NCBI GenBank assembly: GCA_023457325.1
Contig: JAEWLX010000045.1
Location: 1-39,267 of the forward strand
DNA from: Bacillota bacterium
GTDB lineage: Bacteria > Bacillota_I > Bacilli_A > RFN20 > CAG-826
Direction: 5' to 3'
Length of the DNA: 39,267 nucleotides
Positions 8,806 to 17,707 of this stretch are shown one piece after another. The notes beneath the pieces are model-generated. The model did not search any database. It was not told where the DNA came from and was given only the letters and a program-made list of their open reading frames with translations. The stretch's first letter is position 1. Every line of letters begins with the position of its first letter. Both the position numbers and the translations under genes were made by a program.

Positions 8806-10050
8806 CTAATTGACTCCTTTTTCTTTTAAATACTTATGTAGGGCCTCGATATCAGGCTTTAGAAGGACGGGTTGGCTAATTGCCTTTTGTGCATTAGTCG
8901 GGTCTTTCAAACCATTGCCAGTGACGATAAACGTCACAGATTCATCAGGTTTGATTAAACCAATATTTAGAGCTTCTTGGACACCTGCTAGGGCTGTGAC
9001 CCCTGCTGGTTCTCCAAAAATGCCTTCCAGGCGCCCTAAAAGCGCCATACTCTCTAGTATATACTTATCGCTGACACTTATGAAGTGCCCCCCACTTAAT
9101 TTAATAGCATTCATTGCTTTATTGGGGTTACGAGGAATGCCTACCGCAATCGAATCGGCGATTGTATTCTCATCAGCCTCTTTTAAGTTTTCGTTATTTT
9201 CATAAGCCGTCACAAAGGGGGCGCAGCCCGAACTTTGCACACCGAGAATGCGCGGAATGCGTTCAATCAAGCCCAGTTTTAGCAAGTCATAAAAGCCTTT
9301 GTACACGCCACCGACACTACATCCATCACCAACCGAAATAGCAACCCAATCTGTCGGTTTAAAATCCAACTGTTCAGCAATTTCTAAAGCGACAGTTTTT
9401 TTACCTTCAACAAGATGAGAGTTAATGGCGGCATTACGATTATACCAATGGTATGTTTCGATAGCCTTGCGCGACAAATTGTACGTATCTTTATAATCAC
9501 CATCGACACAAATGACCGTGGCGCCATAAATAGATAATTGGGTTAGTTTGCCAATCGGAGCTCTTTTTGGAACAAAAATAACACTTTTTAAACCCATGTG
9601 GGCTGCTTGACAAGCCAAACTCGAAGCGGCGTTGCCGGTTGAAGAACAGGATATCGTTTTTGCTCCCGCTTCTATCGCTTTTAAAACAGCGACACCGCTG
9701 GCGCGATCTTTTGTTGATCCGCTTGGATTTAAGCCTTCATCTTTAATATAAAGATTCTTAACACCTAAATACTGAGCAAGTCTTTTTGATTTGTATAAAG
9801 GTGTCCAACCAATACGCAACATCTCGTGGATGTGTTCGGAAGGAATACTCATCATCGGGGCATAGCGCCACATCGAATAATCGTGATTGTTTTTGAAATA
9901 ATCAAGGTTGACAGTCTCTTTTAGTTTTTCATAGTCATATTCAACATCGAGAATGCCTTTGTCACCACAATGGGGGCATGTATAAATCGCTTCCTCTGGT
10001 GAATAAGTGCGACCGCATATCGTGCACCGATAGTCTTTGAATTTTTGCAT
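8806..10050 (-). CDS. Threonine-synthase-like fold-type-II PLP enzyme with N-terminal zinc ribbon, 414 aa
   Basis: CTICGRTYSPEEAIYTCPHCG Cys4 ribbon, PLP-lysine motif NPSGSTKDRAS, SSTGNAASSLA loop. The start is set at MQKFKDYRC (ATG 10050, GAAGGTGA SD) because the track start at 10146 would overlap the upstream FAD-subunit gene by 83 nt. Confidence 0.75.
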   Translation of the reverse strand: MQKFKDYRCTICGRTYSPEEAIYTCPHCGDKGILDVEYDYEKLKETVNLDYFKNNHDYSMWRYAPMMSIPSEHIHEMLRIGWTPLYKSKRLAQYLGVKNLYIKDEGLNPSGSTKDRASGVAVLKAIEAGAKTISCSSTGNAASSLACQAAHMGLKSVIFVPKRAPIGKLTQLSIYGATVICVDGDYKDTYNLSRKAIETYHWYNRNAAINSHLVEGKKTVALEIAEQLDFKPTDWVAISVGDGCSVGGVYKGFYDLLKLGLIERIPRILGVQSSGCAPFVTAYENNENLKEADENTIADSIAVGIPRNPNKAMNAIKLSGGHFISVSDKYILESMALLGRLEGIFGEPAGVTALAGVQEALNIGLIKPDESVTFIVTGNGLKDPTNAQKAISQPVLLKPDIEALHKYLKEKGVN

Positions 10051-10063
10051 TATTTCACCTTCT

Positions 10064-10912
10064 TTATTTAATTCCCTTAATGAACATCGACATAATATTT
10101 GCGCATACTTTCCGCCGATATTGTTTATTCGAACGCTGATCATCAATTGGTGAAATCATTTTATCAGTCTCTTCTAAAATACGCGGCAAATCGCTGATAA
10201 TATCTTCAATTGGGCGGTTTTTGAGTGAATTTTCGAGGGATATGCTTCGAGCGACCATTGCTGCAACTGAGCCAAAAGCCATCCGTATATCTGAAACTAA
10301 TCCAAAGTTGGTAAGATACATTCCCGCAAAGGAAACCTTACTAATTGAGTCGGCTCTTCTTCCGCCGACCTTGACCCACTTATAATTAGTTAGAGGAACG
10401 AGCGGAATAATAATCTCCTTAATTAGTTCATTGCTGTGAAGATCAATGCGGCGAACGCCAATAATGAAATCTTTAACTAATAGGGTTCGCTCTTCTTCAA
10501 TACTTTTCAAAACAACCTTAGCATCGAATAAATATAAAGCGAGAAGGCTATCACCAGCAGGTGAGGCATTGGCGATGTTACCCGCTAATGTAGCGCTATG
10601 GCGAATACCCGGGCTTCCGATTTCCTTGATGATGTCACGAAGAAGATTGGGAACGATTTCACTTCTTAAAATGTCTTCCAGCTTTGTCGTTGCGCCGATA
10701 TGAACAAACTTCTTGTCTTCACTTAACTTAATATAATTAAGTTCATCGACATTTGCCATATAAAGAACATCCTTCGTAAATTTAGGAGGCGTGCCTGCCG
10801 AAGATCTTTTTTGAATCATTAAATCAGTTCCACCCGCCATAATGTGAAGTGGACCTTCATTTAAATGTTCTAGTGCTTCCTGGAGATTATTTGGAATAAT
10901 ATGTTTTACCAT
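10064..10912 (-). CDS. Molybdenum hydroxylase (xanthine dehydrogenase family) FAD-binding subunit, set 1
   Basis: 282 aa with AGGTDL FAD motif and TLAGNIANASPAGD. CoxM/XdhB-like, adjacent to the 2Fe-2S and Mo subunits. Confidence 0.85.
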   Translation of the reverse strand: MVKHIIPNNLQEALEHLNEGPLHIMAGGTDLMIQKRSSAGTPPKFTKDVLYMANVDELNYIKLSEDKKFVHIGATTKLEDILRSEIVPNLLRDIIKEIGSPGIRHSATLAGNIANASPAGDSLLALYLFDAKVVLKSIEEERTLLVKDFIIGVRRIDLHSNELIKEIIIPLVPLTNYKWVKVGGRRADSISKVSFAGMYLTNFGLVSDIRMAFGSVAAMVARSISLENSLKNRPIEDIISDLPRILEETDKMISPIDDQRSNKQYRRKVCANIMSMFIKGIK

Positions 10913-11379
10913 AATCCTTCTCCTAACTTAGCAGCCAACTTAACTGCCTTGATTATCATGTTGTAACCAGTGCATCGACACAGATTACCAGAAAGACCTA
11001 TGCGAATTTCTTCATCGGTTGGATGAGGGTTTTGCGATAAGAGACTCTCGGCGGCCATAATCATGCCCGGGGTACAAATTCCACATTGCGACCCGCCCTC
11101 AAAATGCAAAGCATCTTTTAATATTTGATAACGTTTCGTGAGGGCTAAGCCTTCGATTGTTAAAATCGTTTTGCAATTGGCGTTGGCGAGGGGGAAACAG
11201 CAACTATTAACAACTTTCCCGTTTACTAAAACGGAACACGCACCACATTCGCCTTCCCCACATCCTTCTTTTGTGCCGGTTAAATGAAAATGGTCGCGAA
11301 GGACATCGAGCAAGCGCAAACTTGGATCAAGATCCATTTCCACTTTTTGATTGTTTAATACAAATTTAATCTTGTTCAT
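10906..11379 (-). CDS. Molybdenum hydroxylase [2Fe-2S] subunit, set 1
   Basis: CGEGECGACSV (plant-type cluster) plus QCGICTPG...NLCRCTGY (second cluster). 157 aa. Confidence 0.9.
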   Translation of the reverse strand: MNKIKFVLNNQKVEMDLDPSLRLLDVLRDHFHLTGTKEGCGEGECGACSVLVNGKVVNSCCFPLANANCKTILTIEGLALTKRYQILKDALHFEGGSQCGICTPGMIMAAESLLSQNPHPTDEEIRIGLSGNLCRCTGYNMIIKAVKLAAKLGEGLW

Positions 11380-13465
11380 CTTTTAATAACTCCATGATGT
11401 ATTCTGGTGTGGCAGGAATTCGATTCACTTTGCGTTTAATCGCGTTTTCTATTGCTAAGGCAACAGCTGGGGCTCCACCAACTAGTGTTAGTTCTCCTAC
11501 TCCTTTAGCGCCATACGGACCATAGGGGAAAGGATTATCCATTATTATCGTTTCCATATTTGGCATGTCCATTGAAGTCGGAATAATATAATCCGTCAAA
11601 TTCTTTTGTCTGAGTTTGCCTTTTTCGTGGCGCATTATTTCTAAATAGCCGTAGGCAACTCCTTGAGTAATTCCTCCATCTGCTTGGCCGATAACCATTC
11701 TTTCATCGATGGCTTTACCAACATCATAAACACTCCAAATGCCTTTCAGTTCGACTTCATAAGTAATGGGCGAAACTTCGACTTCAACTATGTTGACACC
11801 CCATGAATAGGCTGGATAGGCATCGCCGTGAAGAGCGTGTTCATCCCATTTAATAAAATCGGGCTGTTGATATTTTTCAATTATTTCCTGGCATTGGCCA
11901 GACTTCCATTCATCTTTTAATTTTTTGGCGGCTCTTGCTAATAATCCGCCAACAATCATCGTGGTTCTAGAGGCAACAGTCGGACCAGAATCAGGTGCAA
12001 AGTCGGTATCAGGATTATCAAAGATAACTTGATCATTATCAACGTCTAAAGTCATGGCGACAATGCGTTTGAGTGAGGTTTTAGCCCCTTGCCCCATATC
12101 AACGGCAGCGATATAAACGTGGACGATATCTTTTTCGTCTTTTACTAATCTTACGCGTGACTTAATGTGCGTGCTTTCGCCATCGCCAGTAAATCCACAG
12201 CCATGGAGAAACCAGCTCATGCCAATGCCTTTAAATACTCCTGGTTTAGCGTATTCTTTTGTCTTGCGATGATAATCGGATATCTCCGTTGCTTTGGCTA
12301 TCATTTTATCCATAATAATCGGATCCCGGAAAGTACCGCTTGTCGATGTCTTATCGCCTTGCTTAACCAAATGATTAATTCTGAATTGGTAAGGATCGAC
12401 ACCTATGTCTTTGGCAATGTGATTCATAAACATCTCAATGGCATAAATCATCTGCGGTGATCCAAAACCACGGAAAGCTCCGGTCGGTACAGTGTTGGTA
12501 ATATAGACGTCGCCACTGACATCGAGATTATCAATCGTGTAGGCGTTCGTAACCGCAAGCATTGAGCGGGACAAAACAACACCACTTAGCCCAACATATG
12601 CTCCGCCATCAAGGGAGACATGGGCTTTAATGGCAAGGATATGATTATTGTCATCGAGCATAGCTTCCATCGTTATTTCTGATGGATGACGCTTTGTCGT
12701 AACGAGCATATCTTCTTCGCGCTCAAAAATCATTTTGATTGGTTTTTTAATTTTGACAACAGCTGTCGCTAGCTGGCATGCCGTTGTAGAGGGGAATTCT
12801 TCTTTGCCGCCAAAGGCGCCGCCAACGGCAGGTTGCAAAACCCGCACTTTGTCCTCGGGATAACCCAAAGTATTAATAACGGCATTCTTAATATAATAAG
12901 GGCACTGCATTGAACCAATAAGTGTAACTTTACCGCCTTCATCCAAATAAGCAAGCATCCCCTGCGGTTCAATGTATGCTTGTTCTTGATAGCCAGTATA
13001 ATAAGTTTCTTTGATTGTTCGCTTTGCCTTTTTAGAAGCTTTTAAATAGTCGCCTTTTGCAAACGATTTATGAACAAAACTGTTCACGTAATCAAATACA
13101 GCTTCTTCTTCCTGATAATCGATTTTAATATTTGCTATGATGTCATCGATAACCTTCTTATCGGGTCCGACAACTAGTGCGATTGGTTCGCCAATATAAT
13201 TGACCTTGTCGACAGCAAAGACGGGCCAGTCAGCAAAGATCATTTTGACATAGTTTTCTTTGATAACATCTCGGTGGTCGACATAAAAGTATCCATCAGG
13301 CATTTTTGGAATCTGAATCGAAAGGATTTTGCCTCTCGCAATTGATGAACGGACTGTTTTGGCAAATAACATATCGTCGAAAACGATGTCCGAAACATAT
13401 TTTGCTTGTCCAGAACACTTTTCTTCGTGGTCGACTTTTGGTGTTGATTTCTTCGGATCGAACAT
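11366..13465 (-). CDS. Molybdenum hydroxylase molybdopterin-binding subunit, set 1 (xanthine-dehydrogenase-like active-site residues)
   Basis: 699 aa. It carries GGAFGGKEE (Glu after GGK as in bovine XDH Glu802), AFRGFGSPQ (Arg880 equivalent) and AKGVGELTL (catalytic Glu). Confidence 0.9.
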   Translation of the reverse strand: MFDPKKSTPKVDHEEKCSGQAKYVSDIVFDDMLFAKTVRSSIARGKILSIQIPKMPDGYFYVDHRDVIKENYVKMIFADWPVFAVDKVNYIGEPIALVVGPDKKVIDDIIANIKIDYQEEEAVFDYVNSFVHKSFAKGDYLKASKKAKRTIKETYYTGYQEQAYIEPQGMLAYLDEGGKVTLIGSMQCPYYIKNAVINTLGYPEDKVRVLQPAVGGAFGGKEEFPSTTACQLATAVVKIKKPIKMIFEREEDMLVTTKRHPSEITMEAMLDDNNHILAIKAHVSLDGGAYVGLSGVVLSRSMLAVTNAYTIDNLDVSGDVYITNTVPTGAFRGFGSPQMIYAIEMFMNHIAKDIGVDPYQFRINHLVKQGDKTSTSGTFRDPIIMDKMIAKATEISDYHRKTKEYAKPGVFKGIGMSWFLHGCGFTGDGESTHIKSRVRLVKDEKDIVHVYIAAVDMGQGAKTSLKRIVAMTLDVDNDQVIFDNPDTDFAPDSGPTVASRTTMIVGGLLARAAKKLKDEWKSGQCQEIIEKYQQPDFIKWDEHALHGDAYPAYSWGVNIVEVEVSPITYEVELKGIWSVYDVGKAIDERMVIGQADGGITQGVAYGYLEIMRHEKGKLRQKNLTDYIIPTSMDMPNMETIIMDNPFPYGPYGAKGVGELTLVGGAPAVALAIENAIKRKVNRIPATPEYIMELLKDEQD

Positions 13466-13468
13466 TAC

Positions 13469-14557
13469 TTACTCCTTTTCTTCCATGACAATTGCCCCAG
13501 TCGGACACTTCACTGGACAAAGTCCACACTGGAAGCATTTATTCGGATCAAAGGTTATGACGTCCTTCATTTCAATGGCAAAATATGGGCATATTTTTAC
13601 ACACAACATACAGCGTATACATTTTTCAGGAATTAGGTAAGGAGTATTCCCTTCATATTTAACTTTGTTAACAAGTTGTGTGTCGATAACTTCTTGAATC
13701 GAAGAGAAACCATTTCTTTCTAAGGCCTTAGGAAGGTCTTCGATAATTTTGGCATATAACTGCTTGCCTTTAAGCAAGGCCGCCGAAAGCATTTGCACGC
13801 CACTAGCGCCGGCTAATAAAAACTCGATTACATCATCGGCAGTGGCAATTCCACCAACACCAATCACCGTTAATGATGGTTCTGCTTGTTTGATTGTATA
13901 AACAGTAGCTAAAGCTAGATTCTTGATAACTGGTCCGCTTGTCCACACAAAACCTTTCTCATTTCCGTAAATGATACGACGCTTTTTGATATCGATTTTC
14001 ATCGTCGGTCCAAGCGAATTGACAGCTACTACTCCATTTGCCCCGGCTTCCTTAATGGCTTTTGCAAAACCGGAAGGATCAGGAATGTGCGGGCTTATTT
14101 TCATGTAGAGTGGTTTTTTGGTATGTTTACGAATCGTTTTGACAGTTTCGGCAATGACAGAGTGATCGGTACCCACATAGTGAGTGGAAACTTCAAAGGC
14201 ATCAGCAAAGCGATCAAGCAAAGGAATCAATACTTCCATGTCTTCTTTGCTATAACCAACGCTGACAATTAAGGGGCGACCATCATTGACGGAGACAAAT
14301 TCCGGCAAGAATTCCTCAATCCACTTTTCTTTGTTGTATTCACTCCAAAGTTCGCTGTTCATAATATATTCACGGTCGCCATAAATACAAGGGCGAGGAA
14401 TATGAGCGTCTTTAGTCGAAATCGTCTTTGTGACAATTGCTCCACAGCCTGCGTCTTTCATAAAAACCAAGCGTTCAGTGTCACCGACGAGAGGCCCTGC
14501 TGCGGGCATGAGGGGATTAGCAAGTACTAATCCATCGAATTTGGTTGTTAAATCCAT
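13469..14557 (-). CDS. PreA-like dihydroorotate/dihydropyrimidine dehydrogenase-family flavoprotein with C-terminal 2x[4Fe-4S] ferredoxin domain
   Basis: DHOD-type TIM barrel motifs (NPLMPAAGPL, GAIVTKTIS, GIGGIATADD). The C-terminus has two CxxCxxCxxxCP motifs (CIRCMLCVKICP, CFQCGLCPVKCP). Confidence 0.8.
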   Translation of the reverse strand: MDLTTKFDGLVLANPLMPAAGPLVGDTERLVFMKDAGCGAIVTKTISTKDAHIPRPCIYGDREYIMNSELWSEYNKEKWIEEFLPEFVSVNDGRPLIVSVGYSKEDMEVLIPLLDRFADAFEVSTHYVGTDHSVIAETVKTIRKHTKKPLYMKISPHIPDPSGFAKAIKEAGANGVVAVNSLGPTMKIDIKKRRIIYGNEKGFVWTSGPVIKNLALATVYTIKQAEPSLTVIGVGGIATADDVIEFLLAGASGVQMLSAALLKGKQLYAKIIEDLPKALERNGFSSIQEVIDTQLVNKVKYEGNTPYLIPEKCIRCMLCVKICPYFAIEMKDVITFDPNKCFQCGLCPVKCPTGAIVMEEKE

Positions 14558-15861
14558 TATTTTTCTCCTTTGATTCTATTCCATAACGAATTGGCAATTT
14601 CTGTGCTCTTTTCAAGTTCCAAGATTAGCTTCTTATTCGTCAGTTCGTAATTTTTTACGACTTGTTCACCAGCGACGAAGACGTCACTTGGTTTAAATGA
14701 GTGCATCATCGCATAAAAAAGATGACCAAGAGCATTGCTCTTATCAAGATTCGTCGGAGCAAAATAAGGCACTAATAGCATATCGGCTTCGTAACCCGCT
14801 TCAATGCGCCCGAGCTTGACACCAAGTTGACGAGAGACATAGTCATAGCCATTATTAATCATCGCCAATAATTGACCTAGGCCAAAAGCAGTAGGTTTCT
14901 TATGCAACAAATGGGCCGAGTATAAGATGTTCATATATTCATTAGCAATACCACTTGAGAGTCCATCGTTACCAATCATGACTGGAATGCCTGATGTGCT
15001 GAATTTATTAATGTCTGGCAAACCGACTGCATTATTCATGTTTGAAGTAACGTTGACAACAATCGAGGCCTTACGTTTTTTAATAATATCCAGTTCCTTG
15101 TCATTAACGTGAACGCAATGAACGAGTAGACTATCTTCATTAATTAATCCGTGGCGGTCCAAACGTTCAACGACGCGCTCTTGATATTTAGCCAAAGAGT
15201 CTTCTTCATCCATTTCGCTTTCAGCGACATGAATATGAATCGGTGCGTTATGCAAATTCTTGCTTACTTTTTTAAGTGTTTCTTCCGATAAGCTCATCGA
15301 GGCATGAAGGCCGAAAAGACCAGCTGTAAAGGGTGTCTTAAATTGTTTAATAAAATTAGCGTTTTCGTTAATTGATTCTTCGACATTAAAGCGGTCACTT
15401 ACTTCAAAAGCAAATAAGGCACGGACAGAGGAGACATCACAAACCGCCTTTTTAAGCGAGGCAAGCGAACCAGTTATTTCTTTGCCACTCGCATGATGGT
15501 CGATAATGGTGGTTACTCCGTTACGAAGAAATTCCGAAGCGGCGACTAGACCACTATAATAGGAAGTCTCGTTATCAATATGGCGATCGATTTTCCACCA
15601 CATCTGATCAAGAATCTCCTGAAAGTTTTTCGGGTTAAAAGGAAGGGCTAAGCCCCGGGCAAAGGTTGAGTAAATATGCGTGTGGGCACAAACAAGACCA
15701 GGGATGAGGAAAGCACCTTGCCCATCGATGATTTGATAGCCATCATCGACAAAGTCATTCATATGTCCAACTTGTAAGACAAGATGATCGAAAACGACAA
15801 ATCCATTATCAATAAACTCCGCAAAATCATAAATTTTAACGTTAATTATGGCTTTTTTCAT
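14557..15861 (-). CDS. ssnA: SsnA-family amidohydrolase (chlorohydrolase/aminohydrolase superfamily)
   Basis: CAHTHIYSTFARG, LDQMWWKIDRHIDNETSYYSGLVAASEFLRNGVTTIIDHHAS, HIHVAES and NMNNAVG parallel E. coli SsnA as recalled. 1-nt stop/start overlap with the next gene. Confidence 0.85.
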   Translation of the reverse strand: MKKAIINVKIYDFAEFIDNGFVVFDHLVLQVGHMNDFVDDGYQIIDGQGAFLIPGLVCAHTHIYSTFARGLALPFNPKNFQEILDQMWWKIDRHIDNETSYYSGLVAASEFLRNGVTTIIDHHASGKEITGSLASLKKAVCDVSSVRALFAFEVSDRFNVEESINENANFIKQFKTPFTAGLFGLHASMSLSEETLKKVSKNLHNAPIHIHVAESEMDEEDSLAKYQERVVERLDRHGLINEDSLLVHCVHVNDKELDIIKKRKASIVVNVTSNMNNAVGLPDINKFSTSGIPVMIGNDGLSSGIANEYMNILYSAHLLHKKPTAFGLGQLLAMINNGYDYVSRQLGVKLGRIEAGYEADMLLVPYFAPTNLDKSNALGHLFYAMMHSFKPSDVFVAGEQVVKNYELTNKKLILELEKSTEIANSLWNRIKGEK

Positions 15862-17165
15862 TCGATATCACGTCCTTTAATCCATTTGCCTTGTCCGCCC
15901 TGATAAACACGATTTCGAATAACAAAATGGCCACGAACCATGGTTGAGATAACTTGTCCATGTGAAGGCTGGCCGATATAAAGTGAATAATCGGCATGGC
16001 CGTGTTGATCAAGGATTAGACTTCGTGCTTCAGGTTTAAAAATAACTAGGTCGGCGTTATTACCAACTTTAATCTCGCCTTTTCCATCTAAACCTTGAAT
16101 CCGAGCAATATTACTTGTCATCTTATTAATTACAGAATCACCGAGATGATGACGCATAATTGTAAATGAGTGTTCAATCCCGCCAATACCTAACGGCATT
16201 TCGAAAAGCATTTTGCCTTTTTTGTCGGCGATATTAAAAGCACAATGGTCGGTGCCAATCGTATCGATGTGCTTTTGGTTCGTAAATAGTAATTTACGGG
16301 AAACAAAGCTTCTCAAAGGTGGGGCAAAAGAATATAAATAACCGTCTTCGCGTTCCAAAGCATCGTGGGTAAAAGTGAAATATTGAGGACAACTCTCGAT
16401 GAAGAAACGCTTATTGAGAATATCTCCATAATTTTCAATAAGGGCTTCAAGAGTGTGGCCGTCACTAAGATGAACCATGTAAAGCTTCCCGCCATGCTGG
16501 CGAACAAGTTCGGCGAGTTTTAGCGCTTCGCTTTTTTCGGCTTCTGATGAACGGCTGATTGGTAAATCTTGATAAGTAAAGTCCTTCTTCACAACTATCA
16601 GGTCATCGTTTTCAACATGGGCTAATAAAAGAAATTTATATTTCTTTGATAATTCAAGGAGCTTAATAATATCTTTTTCATAAGTCCGGCGGCCAGAGTC
16701 AGAATAAGTCGTGAACAACTTTAATGTATGTATATCTAAACTTTTCATTTTTTTGACGAATTCTTCTAAATCGCCCGTCGGATTTTTAATACAGGCATGA
16801 AGACGAAAATCAATGACGGACTTACTCGCTAACGCAATGCGTTTATCATAGGCAAGTTGCAGTTCATCGGCGTTACTAGCAGGATCAAGAAAATCGACAA
16901 TCGAAGTGACTCCGCCATAGGCGGCAGCCACCGTCCCGTGATAGAAATCATCCACGGATTTATATTTACCTAAATCGAGTTCAAAGTGTACGTGAGGATC
17001 AATGATACCCGGTAGAACTTCAAGTCCTTCGGCATCGACAACTTGTGAGGCATCCAAAAAGTCATCGCTTATTAAGGCAATTTTTCCTTTTTTGATATAG
17101 AGATTGTGTGTTTCCCAGTGACCATTGATGTAGAGTAGGCCGTTCATAATTGCATAATCGTACAT
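15858..17165 (-). CDS. hyuA: Cyclic amidohydrolase, hydantoinase/dihydropyrimidinase family (HyuA-like)
   Basis: DPHVHF metal motif, TLKLFTTY (candidate carbamylated Lys), LLAHVEND, GTDHCAF. 435 aa. ATGA-type overlap with ssnA. Confidence 0.8.
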   Translation of the reverse strand: MYDYAIMNGLLYINGHWETHNLYIKKGKIALISDDFLDASQVVDAEGLEVLPGIIDPHVHFELDLGKYKSVDDFYHGTVAAAYGGVTSIVDFLDPASNADELQLAYDKRIALASKSVIDFRLHACIKNPTGDLEEFVKKMKSLDIHTLKLFTTYSDSGRRTYEKDIIKLLELSKKYKFLLLAHVENDDLIVVKKDFTYQDLPISRSSEAEKSEALKLAELVRQHGGKLYMVHLSDGHTLEALIENYGDILNKRFFIESCPQYFTFTHDALEREDGYLYSFAPPLRSFVSRKLLFTNQKHIDTIGTDHCAFNIADKKGKMLFEMPLGIGGIEHSFTIMRHHLGDSVINKMTSNIARIQGLDGKGEIKVGNNADLVIFKPEARSLILDQHGHADYSLYIGQPSHGQVISTMVRGHFVIRNRVYQGGQGKWIKGRDIE

Positions 17166-17169
17166 GATT

Positions 17170-17655
17170 CTACTCCTCTCCTGGAACTTTTATAAGTTCA
17201 TAATCGCTAATAGCGAAGTGTGTGGTAACGGGTTTAACAAGATCTTCGCGGACAGCAATGACAAGGTCGAGTCCGCTTACTAAGACTTTTTTGAGGATGT
17301 TATGGTAGCCTCCTCCCATAATTTCAAGAACGCCAACTTCATCAAGATAAATAGGCATTACTTTCTTTTCGATGAATTCATCAACAACGCTTTCAAGCAA
17401 GGACAATAAGTTTAAATTCAAGTAGAAGGGTCCGAACTTACTGCTATGAGTGAAATCTTGATGGTAATGGTTTTGATAAATCATCCAAGGAATGGTGTTG
17501 CTATTGCTGAGGCGAAGCATAATGTAACCGTAAACTTCCTTGCCCTTCATCTTTTTAATGGCGGCAAAGCCGTCACCAATTAGATTCTTTCGATACTCAT
17601 TAATGAGAGTCGTGGTTTTACCGGCATTAATTTTTCCAGCAATGATTTTAACCAT
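17170..17655 (-). CDS. P-loop NTPase, THEP1/NTPase_1-like (161 aa)
   Basis: Walker A GKINAGKTT and Walker B IYLDEVGVLE. The start is set at MVKIIAGK (ATG 17655) because the longer track ORF would overlap the upstream membrane-protein gene. Confidence 0.6.
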   Translation of the reverse strand: MVKIIAGKINAGKTTTLINEYRKNLIGDGFAAIKKMKGKEVYGYIMLRLSNSNTIPWMIYQNHYHQDFTHSSKFGPFYLNLNLLSLLESVVDEFIEKKVMPIYLDEVGVLEIMGGGYHNILKKVLVSGLDLVIAVREDLVKPVTTHFAISDYELIKVPGEE

Positions 17656-17707
17656 TAAGAGCCTTTCTAATTGTGATGCTTGCCACCATGAAACAAAGTA
17701 TGTTCCC

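Noticed and set aside
10051-10146. Longer N-terminal extensions offered by the track (8806..10146, 17170..17745, 2777..3517, 35173..36369, 36348..37868, 30594 TTG)
   Set aside because: The extensions overlap the upstream gene or lack an SD. In each case an internal ATG has a good SD and the conserved family N-terminus begins there. The shorter coordinates were used, so residual start-site uncertainty remains.
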